From contig CAVRVY010000002.1 in NCBI GenBank assembly GCA_963724765.1, positions 288,001-352,000 of the forward strand: a stretch of DNA of 64,000 nt, read 5' to 3'. The translations under genes were made by a program, and so were the position numbers. The notes beneath the pieces were generated by a model that searched no databases, was not told the origin of the DNA, and was given only the letters and a program-made list of their open reading frames with translations. The DNA comes from an uncultured delta proteobacterium (GTDB lineage Bacteria > Desulfobacterota > Binatia > Binatales > Binataceae). This document shows positions 59,824-64,000 of this stretch, one piece after another (the stretch's first letter is position 1; every line of letters begins with the position of its first letter).

Positions 59824-60678
59824 TTACAGCCGGGTGTCGCGCTTCCGAGACTTCGACATCGAGAGTATGAGACCGAGCCCCTTGAAAGAGTCGCGCGCGC
59901 CTTGATGTAAGTCTTCCCGCAGATCTGGTATGCCGTCCCGCTCCTGGGTGATTGCCGGCCGGGGCATCTCTATCGGGCTGAGTTGGCCGGGTGCCCCCTC
60001 TTTGAGGATCTCCATCGGATACAGGGACAGCGCCTCGCGGCGGGGCATCATGCGGATTTTGCGAATCCGAGCATTGAGGATCTCAGGCGGAACTAACCAT
60101 TCGCGGAAAGTTGTTTCCTTCACCCATTCATACTGCGCGAGAAACCCGTCCGCGCCGTCAATGATAACTTCGAGCAGCGCGCTCCCGTGCTCGCCGTCGG
60201 CCGTTCGCTCTTCGACCGGGACATGCTCAGTGATTTTGAACAGCGGAATATCGGAGAGCCAGACGCCATCATGACTGCTGTCAAGTCTGAATCCGCTGAG
60301 TAGCAGGATCATTTCCGCGTTTGCGAGGGTCGTTCGGTGAAACAAAATATTCGGCTGAGGCCGTCCTGGCGGGATCGGTGGCTGCGCACCGCGTAGGCCT
60401 TTAACTCGCGCAGCCAATAGCTTAAGGGTCTGGGCCGGGATTTCCCACTGGCGATATGGGTCGCCTTCCGCGGTCTTCTCAAACTCATCGAGCACGCCCG
60501 TGGGCGCATCTATCGTGACCCCGATCACATACTCGCGGTCCTCGTAAATGAGAGGCTCCGTGTACTTCGGATCCGGCGGCTCATCTGACAGCCGGATTGT
60601 GGCAGCACCCTCCCCGAATCCGTGGCGCACGATGATCTCAAAGGCCTGTTGTGGGCTCGTCCGATGCCAGAGTTGCAT
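59824..60678 (-). CDS. Protein with two tandem ADP-ribosyltransferase-like domains
   Basis: Repeat 1: LWHRT..A..I..HGF..IRLSD..YRQWEIP. Repeat 2: LFHRT..A..I..SGF..GVWLSD..FREWLVP. Confidence 0.65.
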   Translation of the reverse strand: MQLWHRTSPQQAFEIIVRHGFGEGAATIRLSDEPPDPKYTEPLIYEDREYVIGVTIDAPTGVLDEFEKTAEGDPYRQWEIPAQTLKLLAARVKGLRGAQPPIPPGRPQPNILFHRTTLANAEMILLLSGFRLDSSHDGVWLSDIPLFKITEHVPVEERTADGEHGSALLEVIIDGADGFLAQYEWVKETTFREWLVPPEILNARIRKIRMMPRREALSLYPMEILKEGAPGQLSPIEMPRPAITQERDGIPDLREDLHQGARDSFKGLGLILSMSKSRKRDTRL

Positions 60679-60706
60679 AAGTCAAAAACTCCCAAAGGTA
60701 AAGTTG

Positions 60707-60740
60707 GACGGAGCCGACTATCTGGCCGGTCGGCTCCGTC
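60707..60740 (-). terminator. Hairpin after the arm-domain gene
   Basis: gacggagccgac / gtcggctccgtc 12-bp stem. Confidence 0.5.
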
Positions 60741-60746
60741 GCGATA

Positions 60747-61238
60747 CTAAGCAGCGGCGCGCAAGGTGGCCGGGCGCGTCTGAAGGCCACGCGCCTGGGC
60801 GAAGGCGGCAACCTTGCTGAAAAACGACTCCGCCCGCGCAGCCAGTCGCCTGCGTGGGGCTCGGCGGTATTGAAGCATAACGAGGCCAATCGCCTGGGGA
60901 TCTCCCGCAACCAACCGGGCAACGAGACCGCGCGCCTCATCGGCCGTCATTCCGGCCCCGAGAGGCAACTGCTTGCGCCGGCCCTTCCAATCCGTCGCCC
61001 AACACTCCGGCCAGATGCCGATCGTGAGGCAGCGCCTGCGGCCGGCCCCATCGACAAAAGAAAAGCGCCACTCGGCCCGCTCGGGGTCCGCGTTCTTTCC
61101 TCGTCTTGGGCGCAGACTGAGACCGTCTCTGCACTCGGTCGCCATGGCCTTGGCTCGCTTATGAGCCCATCGCGCATCCGCTTTGTCCGCTTCTGCTTCC
61201 AGTTGTTGTTGCTCTTCATAACTAGTCTCTATCCCCAC
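60747..61238 (-). CDS. Stand-alone integrase arm-type DNA-binding domain protein (DUF4102-like)
   Basis: DGLSLR....WRFSF....RRRCLTIG.WP...MTADEAR......GDP; no tyrosine-recombinase catalytic domain. Confidence 0.6.
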   Translation of the reverse strand: MGIETSYEEQQQLEAEADKADARWAHKRAKAMATECRDGLSLRPRRGKNADPERAEWRFSFVDGAGRRRCLTIGIWPECWATDWKGRRKQLPLGAGMTADEARGLVARLVAGDPQAIGLVMLQYRRAPRRRLAARAESFFSKVAAFAQARGLQTRPATLRAAA

Positions 61239-61277
61239 TAGTTCGTGTTTGCGGCAGCTCTATTGCTGCTTAGCGCG

Positions 61278-61306
61278 AATCTACGCAACTCTGCGCAACG
61301 TGTCAA
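61278..61306 (-). promoter_or_regulatory. sigma70-type promoter of the arm-domain gene
   Basis: TTGACA-17 nt-TAGATT; a GTTGCG direct repeat lies in the spacer. Confidence 0.65.
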
Positions 61307-61419
61307 GCAGTGATGTAGCAACTGACCTAGCCACTGTACAATCACTTCTCAACAAATTGATAGTGCACTTGTACATTTGTTGAACCCGTACTGAGTAACT
61401 TAGTTGCTACCTGCCCTAC

Positions 61420-61662
61420 TTAGCTGTGAAACTTGAACCAGCTTGGCTGCAACAAAAACTTCTGCCACTCCTGCGGCTTCGGCGCTCGATGCGCAGCAAC
61501 AGCCTCTTCGAGAGCCTTGCGCCCAGGCTCGCCGTCCGCGATGCGAGCGATTCCCGCCGCGATAAGGCGCACAGCCTGATCGAGCGGCCACGCCGCCGTC
61601 TCGCCGACCTGATATGGGCTTGCGGTTTTTATGTACGTGACATTGAAGAGCTGAGCCGTCAT
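61420..61662 (-). CDS. Small phage-like hypothetical protein
   Basis: ATGA overlap with the upstream gene; VTYIKTASPYQVGETAAWP...RLIAAGIA. Confidence 0.6.
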   Translation of the reverse strand: MTAQLFNVTYIKTASPYQVGETAAWPLDQAVRLIAAGIARIADGEPGRKALEEAVAAHRAPKPQEWQKFLLQPSWFKFHS

Positions 61663-62121
61663 TTGCCGGCCCTCCACGGCGTCATCGCTTCGGTTATTTC
61701 GTCGCCGACAAGAACGCGTCGATGCATCAACTGGAAGGCCAACAGTTCTATCTCGGACCAGTACGTCGTTAGCAACTTTTCGGTCTCCGCAAGGAGCGCC
61801 TGATAATCCAACCCGCTCCCCCGTAAAAGCTTCGTCACCTCGTTGAGGGTCGTGCTCGGATTGGTAGTTGATGTAGCTGCCCGTTCGCCTCTCACTGAGC
61901 GGCCAGCCCAACGTGCAGATTATCCTGACCTCCCGGGACAGCGATCGGAAATCCCTAAACGTGCAGATTCCATCGGGCGCAGTGCCGTCTTCCTGAATGC
62001 CGGGCCAAATTTCGACCCGCGAAACACCATTGCCGACCTTAACCCCCAACACCGCGTGCGATGCTTCGTGAGTGGCAACCCTCTCGCGCTGTCGCCTGAT
62101 GCTGTAACTATCGAAGTTCAT
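61659..62121 (-). CDS. Stand-alone M41/FtsH-like zinc peptidase domain, frameshifted near 61850
   Basis: VATHEASHA (HExxH); C-terminal W.EIELLA.QL...RVL.GDEI lies in a second frame; ATGA overlaps at both ends. Confidence 0.65.
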
Positions 62122-62364
62122 CTGCGCGGCCGGCGGGCTTTGCCGCCCAGGATGCTGTCAAACGGCTGAAGGTCACATCGGGCTCGCGATGCTCGGCCTC
62201 GCCGATGTCGAGACTTCGCCATCCCTCCGGGCTGCGACGGATGATCTCGCGGCTCTGTGGCCGGGCTGCATGGGCTGCGCGTGTTCTGAGCCGCAAACGA
62301 GCCGCGCCATATCGCATCCGCCGCAACAACTACTAACACGGCGCAAAATAATTATCGCGATCAC
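62118..62364 (-). CDS. Small hypothetical protein with N-terminal TM helix (frameshift in a T-run near 62346)
   Basis: AAGGAG RBS; GTGA and ATGA overlaps with neighbours; MIAIIICAVLVVVAAD is restored by removing one T. Confidence 0.45.
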
Positions 62365-63005
62365 AACTTATCTCCTTGAAATGAGGCTCCGCAGATTCGA
62401 CACGGATTGCCGCAGAAGTGATCCCCGGCAGCCTTGCGCAATTCCTCGCGCTCGCGCCGGGTGAGCGGCTCATGCGCAGCGACATGCTCGACGGACGCCG
62501 CCTCGATCTCCGCCTTGCGCTGGTGCATCCGCTTGGTCAAGGTCGATCGGTACGACGCGCCGTTGGAGCGGCGCGGCTTTCCCTTACTCGGCCCGCGGGT
62601 GCTTGGGCCGAAGGTGCGAAGCGCTGACTGCTCCAGCTGGGTGACAGTAAATTTCCGCTCAAGGCGCGGGAGCTGGGCCGGCACGGTGCGGCGGATCACG
62701 TCAAGCGCCTCCGTGCGCTGGAGTGTGTAAAGAACCGTCGTCAGTCTGAGCAGGACTTTCCGCCTCTTAGTAGGGCTCGCCCATTCCAAATCCAGGCAGC
62801 GCCGAAGCTCTGGAGCTGTGAGGCGGCCGATTACCTCCTCCAGCGTGCGGGCGTTGACGCAGGCATACGTTTCGACGTAGGTGTACCGGCCGCGCTTTGT
62901 CTTCACCACGCGCCGGCCGGAGTCATGGGCTAAGATCGGGGGACCGTCCTTGGCCCGTCGGCGGTTACGGCCTGATCGGCCGGCTGTTGTGGCTTGATCC
63001 GCCAT
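62361..63005 (-). CDS. Basic hypothetical protein
   Basis: Abuts both neighbouring ORFs; C-terminal HxCxxxCxxC. Confidence 0.55.
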   Translation of the reverse strand: MADQATTAGRSGRNRRRAKDGPPILAHDSGRRVVKTKRGRYTYVETYACVNARTLEEVIGRLTAPELRRCLDLEWASPTKRRKVLLRLTTVLYTLQRTEALDVIRRTVPAQLPRLERKFTVTQLEQSALRTFGPSTRGPSKGKPRRSNGASYRSTLTKRMHQRKAEIEAASVEHVAAHEPLTRREREELRKAAGDHFCGNPCRICGASFQGDKL

Positions 63006-63461
63006 CTAGCTCTGTAAGTACCTGCGCTTGAGATTGTCGGGAACTTCGCCGATGCCCTTGTCGCGGTCATAGACCGTAAGCAGGTCGGCGGCGCGGCCTG
63101 AGCACGCATCACAAATCAGCCTTGTCGCGTTGGCCTCGACCCTGACGGGGCCGCGGCAGAAGGCGCAGAACGACTGCCGCCGCGTCCCCCAGCCGCGCTT
63201 ATAGGCTTCCCCTCGAATGATCGCGCGCACGGCTGAATGAGAAGCGCCGAACACCCTGCCAATACTTGAGTAGGACTCACCGGCGGCGCTGCGGCGCTTG
63301 ATCTCGGGGATATGCGCAGCCAATTTACCCTTAAAGGCCGGCGCGGGCGCGTGGGCTGCTGCTGATCCTGGAGTATCAGCTCTCACCCGCGCCGCGCGCC
63401 GGGGTGTCGCGCCGCCCGCGGGCTGATTCGCGTGCTTGCGCGATGCTTTATGCCGCGTCAT
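63006..63461 (-). CDS. HTH + C4 zinc-finger phage-like regulator
   Basis: GESYSSIGRVFGASHSAVRAII (HTH); CAFC...CDAC. Confidence 0.65.
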   Translation of the reverse strand: MTRHKASRKHANQPAGGATPRRAARVRADTPGSAAAHAPAPAFKGKLAAHIPEIKRRSAAGESYSSIGRVFGASHSAVRAIIRGEAYKRGWGTRRQSFCAFCRGPVRVEANATRLICDACSGRAADLLTVYDRDKGIGEVPDNLKRRYLQS

Positions 63462-64000
63462 TCGATGGCCATCCCACATCAACCCTTGCGGATCCTTGCG
63501 TAGGATCCACGAGCGCCAGGCGTTTGCGTGCCGCGACTACGAGCGCCTCACCCTCCGGCGTTGGCGTGCGCCAGACGGCGAAACCTGCGCGATCAACTCG
63601 GCGCACTTATCAGGATCCCAGCCGGCCGCGTCACCCTTGACGTAACCGCCGCCGCCGACGCTGCCGGCGCTATAGTCGCGGATAAACTCGACTATGGTGC
63701 ACGGATGCGGCTCCCGCCGCGCCGGCGGGTTGCACACTAGCTCCTTGCGATGCTGCCAGCTCTGAATCAGCTCCTCGGTTAAAAAAGGCAGCGTGAACTC
63801 GGACGCTACACGGACGCCCGCGGCGGCCGCCTTGGCGACCTCCTGATTGGCGGTATGCACTGCGTGCAGCGCCTTGTCCAGGCGCTCTAACGGTCCGTGC
63901 AGGAACTCCTCGAAATCAAACTCGGCCGCCGCCTTGTCCTTCGCGATCCGAAGCGCCTCTAACTCTGCCTCGGCCGCGCTCACCGACTGCTGATGCCTGG
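63447..64000 (-). CDS. Hypothetical protein, 5'-partial at window edge, probable frameshift near 63588
   Basis: Coiled-coil N-terminal part; VEFIRDY...YVKGDAAGW....ELIA(AGFA) motif resembles 61420..61662. Confidence 0.5.

Larger units (their letters stand above)
57420..64000. mobile_element. Prophage/satellite-like genomic island (left part; boundary approximate)
   Basis: Visibly more A/T-rich codons, a run of hypothetical genes, a translationally coupled minus-strand operon, an integrase arm domain and an HTH/Zn-finger gene. Confidence 0.6.

Noticed and set aside
58800-63600. Programmed ribosomal frameshifting
   Set aside because: No X XXY YYZ slippery heptamers with downstream structure at the breaks; indels are the simpler explanation.
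1-64000. Many long antisense or alternate-frame ORFs in the track (e.g. 23339..24574 +, 27332..28546 +, 33486..34676 -, 55423..57090 +)
   Set aside because: Shadows of real high-GC genes with no recognisable motifs.

Overview
GC-rich bacterial chromosomal window. Paralogous CoA-transferases, amidohydrolases and a TTQ amine dehydrogenase suggest a soil Gram-negative organism such as Candidatus Binatia (inference only). Left to right: an acyltransferase-3; a two-gene TTQ amine dehydrogenase (mauB/mauA-like) lacking its maturation genes; a porin + two monoheme cytochrome c + helical periplasmic protein operon, divergent from a USP/USP-CBS/Rv2004c-like stress cluster, with sigma54-type motifs on both sides; a partial Tad pilus locus with an orphan receiver and Hpt; a Rieske dioxygenase/meta-cleavage operon ending in an ornithine cyclodeaminase-family gene; assorted catabolic genes; an envelope block (lipoproteins, TolC, adjacent lptD-lptE, a 32-Cys secreted protein); tmRNA; an sxtI/J/K/L-like carbamoyltransferase cluster split by an insertion carrying an IS1380 remnant; a cupredoxin, an epimerase and a KimA-like transporter followed by three long hairpins; and, from about 57.4 kb, a phage/satellite-like island with a tandem ADP-ribosyltransferase-like protein, a stand-alone integrase arm-binding domain and an M41-like peptidase. 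Several single-base frameshifts suggest long-read indel errors or decay. No CRISPR array, rRNA or tRNA was seen. All family calls come from motif recognition by eye; no database searches were run.
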